The notes under the pieces were generated by a model. It ran no database searches, was not told the DNA's origin, and saw only the letters and a list, made by a program, of their open reading frames with translations. DNA of 64,000 nt. It comes from Sarea resinae (lineage: Eukaryota). The first letter of the stretch is position 1, and every line of letters begins with the position of its first letter. Position numbers and translations under genes: made by a program. This document shows positions 50,794-62,812 of this stretch, piece by piece. The DNA lies in contig JAPEUD010000021.1 in the NCBI GenBank assembly GCA_026026165.1, positions 62,001 to 126,000 of the forward strand, in the 5' to 3' direction.

Positions 50794-51204
50794 TGCTGAT
50801 GGAGGAACCTGCGCCGCTTGCTAGCCCCTATCATCTGCTGATGCACTCACGGGAGTTTCTGGAGCAAAATACGCTTTACGAAATGGCGTTTGGGCTCTAG
50901 GGTTTCGGTAACTGAAAATAGATTAATGACAAATGAACATACCTTGAATCAACGTGCGAGATGATCTATCTGAAGCTTACAACTTGAGGCACTCAATTCC
51001 GGACTCCTTTAACGCTGCAGGGGCTTCGCAGAGAGGGTTTAAAAATTCCGAGAAGCTATACGCCCCGAAGAGATGAATAAGCCTAGTATGATACAGATTC
51101 TATAGTACAACAGCCCAGACTGCCCAGAAGCAAGGCTCTTCTACTGCCCCCAAGTAAAATCTCGTTTCGCACACTATACATGTTCAAAGCTCTCAATTCT
51201 CAAA

Positions 51205-51863
51205 TCATGGCTCTTCGCTCTTCTTCCTCTGCGTCGATGTCCCATCTTCCCAGAACTCGACATCTCCGTCTGCGCTCAACGAGCCCTTCTTCACCAGATC
51301 CCCTTTCTTTTGCATCAGATCCTCGATCGTCATGGCTTCCTCGCCGAATATCTTCAAGACCAGTGTCAGTAAGGAATAAAACAACTCGGGGCAGTTAAGA
51401 TTGATGTAGCAGGTATTTGGCTTTCTCCCATACGGACCTTTAGATGATCGGCTATGACATGCCTGTTCTTACACGACGGGCACGTTATCAGCACCGTGCC
51501 CTTGTGATATCCCTGTTTCGAGATACGGTGCGAGGACCGCGTCGAGCATGGCTTGCAGGTAAATGTTAACTCGTAGGCGGGCTGTTCCTCCTTGCCCTGC
51601 GCGGGATCCTCTGGTGGCGGGCGCGCAGGGTTAGACGGCGGCGCGGGAGCATCTGAGGAGTTCCATCGGAAGGTCCGGTATACTGGGCGCGCAGAAGGAG
51701 ATGAAGATGTGAGAGAGGTGTTTCGAATGGGTTGCAGGAAGGGAGAGAAGCTGGGGCGGGATGAGAGATTTCGTCGGGTCAAGTTGAAGGCTGCTCGTGA
51801 GGTCTGCTGCGAGGGCCGTTGGAATTGGTTGGCGAGGAAGGTGAGGGGGCGTGTCGAGCGCAT
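51205..51863 (-). CDS. ZIM17: Mitochondrial Hsp70 escort protein with DNL zinc finger (Zim17/Tim15/Hep1)
   Basis: Arg/Ser-rich presequence; [51 protein letters not shown]...EDLM..KG. One intron; stop at 51205-51207. Confidence 0.93.
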
Positions 51864-52428
51864 TCTGGGCGTATTACTTAGATAGGCGATCTAATCAAGG
51901 AAGAAGGAAAATAAAGCAGAAGATACGCTGGGGGATAGATATATTGCTGGCTTCGATGGTGTTGAAGAAGGCATGCTGTATATAGCAGCTGGAGCGATTA
52001 GGAACAAAATGTGTACAAAGGTACCGACGATGTCATACATCGTACATGTCGTACTTTGTACACCTTCGTCACTCCGTCTCAGACCCTTACACTACACCAA
52101 ATCGGCGGACTTTTCTGGTCCAATTCACCCACCACTGAGGTCTAGACAAACGGAATCTCCAGTCTCATCCCATTCAATACTGATTCCCGCTTCTCGTCAC
52201 TTGCAGCTTCACTCTTACCTTTTGCCCCGTCACGTCCACCATCCAGAGCAAGGCTACTCAGCTTCGTGAACGGTGATTGCCGTCTCGCCTTGCCAACCGC
52301 GTCAAAAGAACCCGATTTCGCCGGCCTAGAACTTCCCCACGATTCCTCCATAGATGGCCTTACGCCAGCCCTGATCTGTCCGCTACGAGTGAAGCTGTCT
52401 TTTGCGAGGAAGGGCAAATAGGTGCAGG

Positions 52429-55299
52429 ATGCTTGCCGGTAGGGGACGAAGCAAGATTCGGCCGCCACGTCGGGTGAGTGTCTACGCCTCCATGGCGGGG
52501 AAACATGGTGCGGATAGGCGCTTCGGATGGAAGAAGTGAAGCTTGAGATGTCGAAGACTCGGAGTCACTTGTGACTTGATTTCGATCTTTAGCCATGGTC
52601 TTCTATTCACTTGACATCGTTCCCGATCCGCATTTTCAAACCTCTCAGCCTGCCCCTCTTCCCCGCAGGCGAAGACCTTCAACAGCAGCTAACATATTAC
52701 GATAGGGCCTCACCACACCCGGCGAGAATGTCGACTTTGAAGCTACCTGGGCAGTTCTGTCCTCTTCACTGCGCGAAATACACACGAAGAATGCTTCCAA
52801 GCTATCCTTTGAGGAGCTCTACCGAAATGCCTACAAGCTAGTGCTGAAGATGAAAGGCGAGATCTTATATGAGCGGGTCAAGGCTTTCGAACAGGAATGG
52901 CTAAGTACCGAGGTGCGGAAGCGGATCGAGGCATTACTGTCGCCGAACATCTTGCCAAATGCCGCCGGCGGTATTGGGCCAACAGCTGCGAACGAGAGGA
53001 GGGTGGCTGGAGAGAGGTTTTTGAGGGGACTCAAGGAAGTATGGGAGGATCATAATATATGCATGAACATGACTACTGATGTCTTGATGTACATGGTAAG
53101 GCAATGAGTTCTGTCTCAACCCGGGCTTTTACAAGAAGGCATCCTGCTAACGATGCTAGGATCGAGTATATTGTGCCGACCACCACAGGCCCTCAATATT
53201 TGCCGCATCTATGGCTCTCTTTCGTGATCACATCCTTCGGTCACCACTCTCACGAGAGGACCCAACTACAATAGCTATGGTATTGTACTCGGTGATCCTC
53301 GATCAGATTCGGATGGAGCGCGAAGGTGACATTATCGATAAGAATCTGATCCGATCATGCGCGTACATGCTAGAAGGACTTTATGAAACCGACGAGGAAG
53401 AAGAGAGCACGAAACTGTACCTGACAACTTTCGAGCCAGAATTCCTTGACGAGAGCCGCAAATTTTATCAAGAGGAAGGAGATTCATTGCTGCGGGATTC
53501 GGACGCAGGGACGTATTGCAGACACACTCGAAGAAGGATTGTGGAAGAACGGGATCGGTGCAGATCTACGCTCTCGCTATTGACCGCTCCGAAGATTATA
53601 TCAGTGGTCGAGGATGAGTTGATCCGACGTAAAATCCACGACGTGGTCGAGATGGAGGGAAGCGGTGTGAAGCATATGCTGGACAACGATCGATTAGAAG
53701 ATTTGGAGCTCGTATACGAGCTTGACGCAAGAGTCGATCCTAAAAAGGAAGAGCTAAGAAAAGCACTGCAAAGACGGGTGGTTGAATTAGGTAGCGAGAT
53801 CAACAAGGCAGCTGCAACAGCTTCTCAGGCTCCACCGGCTCCGGCGATCGTGAATGCGGGCGATAAATCAAAAGGCGACGGCAAGCCTCCCGTCGAAAGA
53901 GTATTGAATCAACAAACAGTGGCTGCGATCAAATGGGTGGATGATGTACTCCAATTAAAGGACAAATACGACCACATCTGGAGGGTGTCATTCCGTTCCG
54001 ATCAGGGTCTCCAGACAGCTCTTACTCGCAGCTTCTCCGACTTTATCAATCTCTTCCCTCGAAGCTCCGAATACATATCACTCTTCCTCGACGAGAATCT
54101 CAAGAAGGGCCTCAAGGGCAAGACGGAGAATGAAGTGGATGCGGTCCTCGAGAAAGCAATCATTCTCATCCGCTACGTTCAAGACAAGGACATGTTTGAG
54201 CGATACTACAAGAAGCATCTGTCTCGTCGCTTGCTGTCCGGCAAGTCGGTGAGCAATGAGGTAGAGAAACAGATGATTTCGCGGATGAAGATGGAGATTG
54301 GCAACCACTTCACCCAGAAACTCGAGGGCATGTTCAAGGATATGACCATCTCGGAGGATCTTACCGCAAATTACAAGGCCAAGGTGGCTCAGCTAGGCGA
54401 TCCGGATCCGAAGAGAATTGAGCTCAGCATTAACGTCTTGACGAGCACCATGTGGCCTCTAGATGCAATGGCGCCGGCGTCCCGTTCCGACGAGGGCACG
54501 CTCAAGTGCATCTTCCCTCCCGAGGTCGAACGGATCAAGCAAGGCTTTGAGAAGTTTTACTTTGACAAGCACAACGGGCGAGTGCTTATCTGGCAGGCCA
54601 ACATGGGTTCTGCCGATATACGTGCGACCTTTTCGAGGGTGCAGGGAAAGGAGCCTGGACAAAGCAAGGAGCGCAGACACGAGCTTAATGTCTCGACGTA
54701 CTCGATGGTTGTTCTCTTGCTCTTTAATGATATGGCGCCTGGCGAATCCATGACCTTTGAGGACATACAAGCAAAGACCAACATCCCGACGCCCGATCTG
54801 ATACGAAATCTACAGTCGTTAGCCGTGGCCCCTAAGACGCGGATCCTGGTCAAGGAGCCCATGAGCAAGGACGTCAAGCCGACGGACAAGTTCTCGTTCA
54901 ACGAAAACTTTCAGAGCAAGTTCCTCAGGGTAAAAGTCAACATCGTCTCGAGCGGGAATAAAGTCGAGGGCTCTGAGGAGCGTAAAGAGACGGAGAAGAA
55001 GAATAATGACTCTCGAGGCAATATCATTGAGGCGGCTATCGTGCGCATTATGAAGTAGGTGTCTCCTTTCGTGCACCTTCACATCAAACATTGGGCCCAT
55101 TTGCTAACGATCATCTCCAACCAGGCAGCGAAAAGAACTCTCCCACCAGCAGCTCATCTCGGAAGTCATCTCGCAACTGGCTAGTCGCTTCATGCCCGAT
55201 GTCAACATGGTCAAGAAGCGTATCGAGTCGCTCATCGAGCGTGAATACATCGAGCGCATGGAGGATGTGGACAGGCCCGCTTACCGGTATCTCGCCTAG
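52429..55299 (+). CDS. CUL3: Cullin-3
   Basis: MLAGRGRSKIRPPRR|GL...LSFEELYRNAYKLVL, DVLMYM|DRVY, SEYISLFLDENLKKG, DKDMFERYYKKHL, KLEGMFKDM, IEAAIVRIMK|QRK and IESLIEREY...YRYLA*. Introns at 52474-52705, about 53096-53159 and about 55056-55123. Confidence 0.96.
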
Positions 55300-58200
55300 A
55301 GTAGCTGGACATAGCTAGTGTAGTCGTCCTCTCATCGTCGTCGTCGTCTCGTCGTCGTTTCCGTCTCGTCGTCGTCGTCGTGGCCAGCCACCAGAGAAGG
55401 GATCATAAATCGTTTCATACCCAGAGGGTCAGAGGCAGACGGGCCAGGCGAGCCAGACAGGCTACTACTTACCTTGCCCTATCGGCATCCTTCGACCTCG
55501 GAGGCATGCTCAATACTCTTTGAATTCCTCGATTCTTCTTCTTCGTTTTTTTGGTTGTACCTAGAGGCGCCCCACCGCCGGTGTTGGCACGGCGCAATTT
55601 GTTTTTCTGTTCATTCCCAAGGCGTACAGAGCAGGCAAGGCGTGGCGTGGCCAGGCATGGCAAGGCAAGACAAGACGAGGCAAGGCAAGGCATGGGCCGG
55701 GACACTCACACTCATGCAGGCGATCATGCATTGTATGTATGCGTCGAATAGCATGCAGTCTGATTCACCCATCGATTTGATGCATCGATTGTTTACTACT
55801 ATGATGAGCAGAGCTGCCATTGAGACGTTCCGACGACTTCTTGAAACTTTCTATTGCTTTCGGGATGGGCTGTGACTACTCGGTGGTGGGAAAACGAAGA
55901 AAAGGTAAAGAGTGAATAGGGGTAGATCAATCAGTATAAGTGAAATGCTTGTCTGGGCGACATATAATATCCAACCCCCGAAAACGAGCTCAGCAGAATC
56001 GAGGTACAGCATCATAGCAGCCAGCAAGGGGTCGCCTGCCCGCCTGCAATGCGTTGCACTCTATATGTGTATATCTAGCGGACTATGCAGGCCCTCACAG
56101 ACGGATGAACCAGACGAATGTGGATCAGACAAATGCAGATCTTGTTGCGAGTACTTGAACCCTTCCAGGTCTGCCCAAGGGCAACGCTCTTGTTCTTTAA
56201 TTCAAATTTATACCCACTAGTACCGCTCCACGCTTCATCATGGATGTGTACGAGAAAGAGAAGGATGCCCAGGCCGTCGATAGGGGCAATACTGCAGGAA
56301 CTACCACTTCTTCAGAGACCGATGTGTCGAGCATCACCGTCACAAGCCAAAAAGGCCATGCCTTGGACGACATCCAAGAGACTGGCGAATTGCCGACGTC
56401 ACCTCTTCCGTTTTTGGTGGAGTCCACTGGCTACTCCGGAGACGATCTGAATGCATTGATTGATTGATTCACTCTTTGACTGATTGATTGACTGATTGAC
56501 TGCTTGATTTCCCCAGCTCAGACAAAGCGCTGCCAGTACCGCCTACCTACTACTATACTACTCTATGCAATGAGGATATTACCTTACCCAAGACGGATTT
56601 TGTCTATGTCGATACCTTAGGTTGGGTTGAGATGTGTGAGGTGAGATGATTAATATAGTGGAGGGAACGATTCCTGGAACTAGATTCTCTGACTGCTATA
56701 TAGGTAAGCCGTAGCCCATGACATGCGATACGCTATGCCAACGAGTGGACGGTGTAGACAATAGAAGCGAAAATAGATCACCGCTGAGAGATTGCGATGA
56801 TTGATAACAACAGATTTGGTCGACTCTCGATTGGCAATGGTCATATGCGTCGTGACAAGACCCGGACGGAGTTCATCTCGAGATCTGAGGTACCACAGTA
56901 AGGTATCTGGAGGTTTGGGATTAGCCAGTGGGGAAGCACGTGATGAGCACATGATCTCTTGAGGGGCCGAGAACTACGGAGTAATAGTAATTCATACTGC
57001 GCAGTATTAGCTGCGGTAGTCACATCAGTTCCATCCCATCCTCGCGCTGTGGACAGGACGGTATCGTACGCAGTATCCAGTTGGGACGCATCTGGGTCAA
57101 GCCGAGGACTGCACTGACTGACTTTCCATGGCGAAACCGAGGGCTACGCCAAGGAGCCGAAGTGGGCGGCGCTTTGGGCCTTGGGCCTTGGGCCAAGGGG
57201 CTTGTTGATGGGGCGGGGCGGGGCGCTTCGCCTCGCTTGGACGACAAGGAGGAGAGAGAGGAGTTTGTTGACAAGGGTCAAGCTGGTCAACCACCCCTGG
57301 TCTCGCGAGCTGCTGGCTGCCACCACGCCCTCCCACCACGCCCACCACGCCCACCACCGTTACTCTACGAAGATGAGAGCTGGCTAGGCTCAAAGGAGAG
57401 AAAACCAGCTCACCATGGGCCCCAGCGGCCCAGCGGGCGTGCCGGCATTTGGCTCTGAGGGGATTAAGCCTTTTGGCGTCTCTTGAGACTCGTCCAGCGT
57501 TACAGTAGTAGGATGATTTCCATACTCTACAGTAGTCCCCTCGACGGCGATAGAGTAAGGTAGCTAGGGTTTCGCGGCAGAGCTTCGAGAACGCTTGCAC
57601 GCCAACGACTCATCCATCGGTAAGGTAGCCAGCCGTACGGAGTACATAGTAGGAGTGAGTACGCTCGCATCTCCACCCGTCTAAGAGCGGTGGTGGTGGA
57701 TCGTGAGTACTGAGTACGCCCTCGAAGATTCTCTTCCGAGTCGGGCCCACGACCCCAAGATCCGAGAGCACTGTCACGGCATACTCCATGTGAAGGTTCC
57801 AAGGACGATAGGGCGGCCGGCCTTCCATTCTCCACCACCCTACCTGATTGTGCTACTTGTGGCTTCAACTCCACCACACGGACGGCTGAGCGTGGTGGAT
57901 CCACGATGCCATGGCCGTCGAGATGGAAATTTTCATGCTCAGAGATCTTGAGACTTTGGGCCATGGCGCTGGCTGCCAAGGGGCCGAAGACGGGCAGGGA
58001 GGGAGTCGTGGTCTCTGCGGCGGGGCCATTCGAGTCGGGGTCTGAGAGAATGGAAGAGTCTTTTCACTTGAATTGATCTCAATGGGTGTCACCGCAGATA
58101 GCATAGCTACCTTGGATACATTCATTATCGGCGGTGAAATGAGCATTGAATTAACATAGTAGGTGTATCTGTCAATCAAAAGACTGACTGGCTGACTGGC

Positions 58201-59633
58201 TGATATGGCTGACTGACGCGTCGGATAAGCTAAGCCATCTACCCACTGACAGTGCCAATAAGTATCCGAGTGACTTCGTAGTATCCGCGAGTCTGTTCGC
58301 TCGCAAGATCGGGAGCGAGGTGGAGTGACGGTACACCAGCCCTGAGCTCACTGGTACATCCTGCAGAACTGCAGTCTCTACTTCGTACTATGTACGGAAA
58401 CAAGCTCTGCCAAGCTTTCCCGACAGTGCCTTGCAGCTCCAGCTGTCAACGTGGACGAGAAGCCGATGGATAGATGAGCACGGTGTGACCGTGTGGCACG
58501 TTCTTCGTCTCATCTCCGAAGGGGTCATGCCCATGTGCATATCGAGGGTGATATAGAAGTCGATGCCTCGATGCCTCGCTGCCTCGCTGCCTCGATGGTT
58601 CGAGTCGAGTCGGAGTCGGTGGCATCGACTCTGTACTCTGATTGCGGCGAAACGCTGCGTGTCCGATCTGCAGGCACCCGGTCACTTGCTGTTACTTGAT
58701 TAGTGTGTAGCTGGTGGACGATGTGAGGGCGTCGGACAGGCACCAGGGCTGTCTGTCAGGTACTAGATCAGTACTAGATCAGTACCGATCGTTATTGGTG
58801 TCTCAAGTCGCCGTAAGCGGCACCAGCGGGACAGAAGGACAACGAAGCGATGTGCTGATGTTCCTGGAACTTGACCCGTTCAGGAATGAGGGGGGGTTAG
58901 CCCTGGACTACGGTGCAGCACAGCGCTCCGACGACTAGGGACTGCCCGGACTGTCATCCCAATGGACAACTGGAACGACCCTCCCACACTCAACCTCCAC
59001 CATCATCCATGGATATCCATGCCCATTCATGATTCTCGACCGTCTTGCCCCCTCCCTCTTAGGAGACCTTCCTGTTTGTAGACAGCGACAGAAGAAAGGC
59101 ATCTTCCGTGTCTCCATCTCCAGGTGCATGGTGCATCGGAGACAGGGGAGGAAGAGAGGAAGAATCTGATCGTCTGGGAGTACTACGAAGTAGTCTCCTG
59201 CACACTCCCCTGCCATGCCGCCGCAGAAGCCGCAGAGCTTGCGTGTCGGCTGGTCGATCGGTCCTGAGTGGGGACGACTGCTGGCCAGGATGCTCCATGG
59301 CTGAAACGCCACAATGTTCACTCCCCTGTTCACTGCATTTCGCTCTCTGTTTGCTTGCTTCACGGAATATATACCATGTCCCCTCCCCCCGTTCTTTGCT
59401 GCTTTCTTCTCTTCCCTCTCCAAATACCATCTCTGCCGCGTCATCTTCGTCGTCTCCTGAGCATTCGCTCGTTTCATTCTCTTGTGTCTATTGCAGACAT
59501 ACCTTTTCACTCCTTTTGATCACAAGCCCCGGTTGGCTTCGCGACTTTTCACACTCGACGGCGTCGATCGTGTCAGCTCTTTTCGCACATACTTCTCGCA
59601 CTATAGACTTTGGGAGTACCACGACTGTAAAAA

Positions 59634-61178
59634 ATGGCTCCGATCAAGCAATTCGCGTTGGCCTCTCTTTTCTTGGCATCGGCCTTGGCCCAACCTTCCC
59701 GGAGATTCGCTCCCTTTCACTATCCGGTTGACAACAGCACCCTGAGCGGTGCGTCCGGTACTGCCCCTGGCACTGGCATCTCTTCCGCGACTGCCACCTC
59801 TTCTGTCTCTGCAGTGTCCGCCGCCGAGTTCTACCAGGCATCGTCGTCCGCTGCGAGCGATACGTCCGCTGCGGCTGCTGAAGCCAGCTCCGGAAGCGGC
59901 TCTGGCTCTGGCTCCGGCGATGCTGCTGGCTCGTGCGGCGCGGCCTCGGAGACGGTCACGGTGACCGCCGTGAACACCGTCACCGAGACGGTCACTCCAT
60001 CCGCTGCAGCTGGCTCCGGTCAAGTTCTCGCCGAGTCGGCTGGAGCTTCGACCACGGCCGCTGCCTCTTCGGCCGCCTCTTCTGGCTTCGCCTACGGCAG
60101 TGGTCACGGCTATGGACACCTGTCACTGCACAAGTCCGCCGCTGCTACCGCTTCTGCCAACTCTTCGAGCGCCGCCGCCGTCTCGGTCGCGGCGTCGTCT
60201 TCCCCATCCGTCTCAGGCTCCTCGGTCGCTGCCGTAGCCGACGCTTCGAGCACTGGCAGCGCCCAGGGCGGTGAATTCTACGTTCCCAGCTCCGCCGCCA
60301 CGACCGTGACCTCGTACGCCGCGCCCAGCTCGACCTCGGCCGCCTGGTCCAGCAGCTGGACTTCCGCCCCTAGCAGTGCTTACTCGAGCTCTTCATCCAG
60401 CTGGTCCTCGAGCGCTACGGCCTCGGCCACATCCTCGGCCTCCCAATCCACCCAGTCCTCGAGCAGCGGCAGCAGCGGCAAGCGTGGCGTCGCCTTCAAC
60501 TCGGCCTCGCTCGCCAATGTCTTTAGCGGCCAGTCGGAAGTCTCATGGGCGTATAACTGGGGCCAAACCGCGTCGGACCTCGACTCGTCGTTGAACTTCA
60601 TCCCCATGCTCTGGGGCACCAGCTCGACCTACACGTCCTCGTGGAACTCCAATGCCCAGGCGGCCATCTCGGCCGGCACGCAATACCTGATGTCGTTCAA
60701 CGAGCCCGACCAGACCGGCCAGTCGCTCATCTCGCCCTCGGACGCCGCCACCGCATACATGACGTACATGCAGCCGTTCCAAGGCAAAGCCAAGCTCGGC
60801 TCGCCGGCCGTGACCAACGGCGGCGGTTCCATGGGGCTGAACTGGCTCTCGGATTTCACGTCGGCGTGCTCGAGCTGCCACATCGACTTCACGGCGATCC
60901 ACTGGTACGGCACCGACAGCTCCGACTTCATCAGCCACTGCCAGCAGGCGCACTCGCAGACGGGCCTGCCCGTCTGGGTCACCGAGTTCGGCATCACCTC
61001 CGGCGACGCCGCCAGCTTCCTCGAGGCCGTCATGCCCTGGATGGACAGCCAGGACTGGATCGAGAAGTACAGCTACTTCATGGCCGAGGATGGCATCCTG
61101 CTCGCCGGCGAGGCCCTCAGCTCGCTCGGGAGCACGTATTGCTCGAGCAGCTCTAGCAATTCGACCTCCTCGTCTTAG
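59634..61178 (+). CDS. Secreted GH128-like (Asl1-like) beta-1,3-glucan-active protein with long Ser/Ala/Thr linker
   Basis: Signal peptide MAPIKQFALASLFLASALA; S/A/T-rich region; GKRGVAF, SWAYNW, FIPMLWG, SFNEPD, LGSPAVTN, DFTAIHWY, PVWVTEFG and WIEKYSYF. Confidence 0.9.
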   Translation: MAPIKQFALASLFLASALAQPSRRFAPFHYPVDNSTLSGASGTAPGTGISSATATSSVSAVSAAEFYQASSSAASDTSAAAAEASSGSGSGSGSGDAAGSCGAASETVTVTAVNTVTETVTPSAAAGSGQVLAESAGASTTAAASSAASSGFAYGSGHGYGHLSLHKSAAATASANSSSAAAVSVAASSSPSVSGSSVAAVADASSTGSAQGGEFYVPSSAATTVTSYAAPSSTSAAWSSSWTSAPSSAYSSSSSSWSSSATASATSSASQSTQSSSSGSSGKRGVAFNSASLANVFSGQSEVSWAYNWGQTASDLDSSLNFIPMLWGTSSTYTSSWNSNAQAAISAGTQYLMSFNEPDQTGQSLISPSDAATAYMTYMQPFQGKAKLGSPAVTNGGGSMGLNWLSDFTSACSSCHIDFTAIHWYGTDSSDFISHCQQAHSQTGLPVWVTEFGITSGDAASFLEAVMPWMDSQDWIEKYSYFMAEDGILLAGEALSSLGSTYCSSSSSNSTSSS

Positions 61179-62812
61179 GGGGAACGCTTCACGCATGGAC
61201 TACGAGGGATGGATATATGGGATGGACGGGTGGATGGACTGGTGGACGGTTTGGATATATGGGACCGGACGGGCTAGGATGGGATAAATAGGACCGGACA
61301 GGATAGGATAGGATAGGATAGGACAATCATAAAACCGGAACCGGAATCGGGTTTTTCTCGTCTCCTATTCGAATTCAGCTCGTAGTGCCACAGTATCTTC
61401 TTCTTCTTCTTCTTCTTCCCTCGTCTTTACTGTTGCATCGTGTGAAAGTGTTGAAGGGACTCCCCGTCAATCGAGTACTGTTCCGTTCCGTACCATATGG
61501 TATTTGTCTTGTTCTGTTCTGTTCTGCCTCGTATCGTTCCGTACCTATCGTATAGGACTACTTACTTACAGGCACAGAAGAGCAAGAGTGCTCACCCCGG
61601 AGATGAACGAACAAACAAAGAAACAAATAAAGAAATAAAGGAAGATCGAATGGAGGATTGCTTTTGATGAATTGACTGACGACTCGAGAGTCGATCTGGT
61701 TATCTAGTCATCTATCTATCTAGTCATCTTCTAGAGTATTGATAGCGTTGAACATTACATTAAATCTACTGTACTATACTATAGGATACTATACCGTAGT
61801 ACTCTGCTAGCTAGCTAGCTAGCTATTCTTCTACCCAAATAGCGCGTCCACAACTGCGTCTGACGCCGAGGCCATGCTGATTCGAGAATGGAATCCAGTG
61901 GAAGAGAGAGAGGTCGATGGCATGGCATAGCACAGCATGGCATGTGATAGCATGGCTTAGCATAGCATAGCTCGGTAATGACGGGACCCGTGTGCGCGCT
62001 GCTCGATATCTCGGCCTCCCTTCTAAGCCGAGCCGCGGCGTGCGTGCGAGCTGTGCGGTGCGAGGGGGGAAGCAAGAGATGAGAGAGGAAGAAAAGGTGA
62101 AAAGGGACAAGGAGATGTGGAGATGTGGGATGATAGTGGTGGTGATGACGATGATGATGGTGGTAGTGGTAGGACTGGTGGTGAGCATAGTACAGTGCTG
62201 TTGTTACTCTCACCCCAGCAGCAATCCATGAACCATCATGAAACGTCAAGCCGAGTGAAGGCGCGGCACCAACCAACAGCCTCTAGTGATTCGGGAGTAG
62301 CTGACTGAGAAATACAAGGTATAAAGCACAAGGTCGAGCTCTTCGCGGGTCCTGGTTCGGATATATAAATAATCGAAGCTCTAGCTCGATGATCGCATCG
62401 GAAATTGACATCTCTGCCGCCGTCGCTGTTACTATTAAGTATTATGGCTGGCCTTTTGCGGTGTGCTGTTGCCCGGATGGCCTTGTCCGCTGGGAAGTCT
62501 ATAGGGTGTCTATTTTGGACTAATATGCTGGAGGGGCGTTGTCGTGTCCTGTTGTCTCTTTCTGGGACTGGTAAAATGTATGAGACGAGATGTGGTTGGT
62601 GGGTGCTCTTATTGCTGGTCTCGTTCTTGACGCTTGGCCTGCTGCTGATGCCTGTTCGGCCGCCTTCTTATTTTCTATCTCTTCTCCCTCTGCATGCTCT
62701 GCCGAAAGACCGTCGAAGAATCGTCTTGAGAATGTCTCGGCGTGCTGGACAAGGATAAAGTCAAGCTGGTGCTTCACAATACAAATAATCCTGTCTGGCA
62801 CCTTCAGCCAGC

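Noticed and set aside
57140..59300. Several GCCARG (PacC-like) sites upstream of the GH128 gene
   Set aside because: About five sites over more than 2 kb of GC-rich DNA is not clearly above chance.
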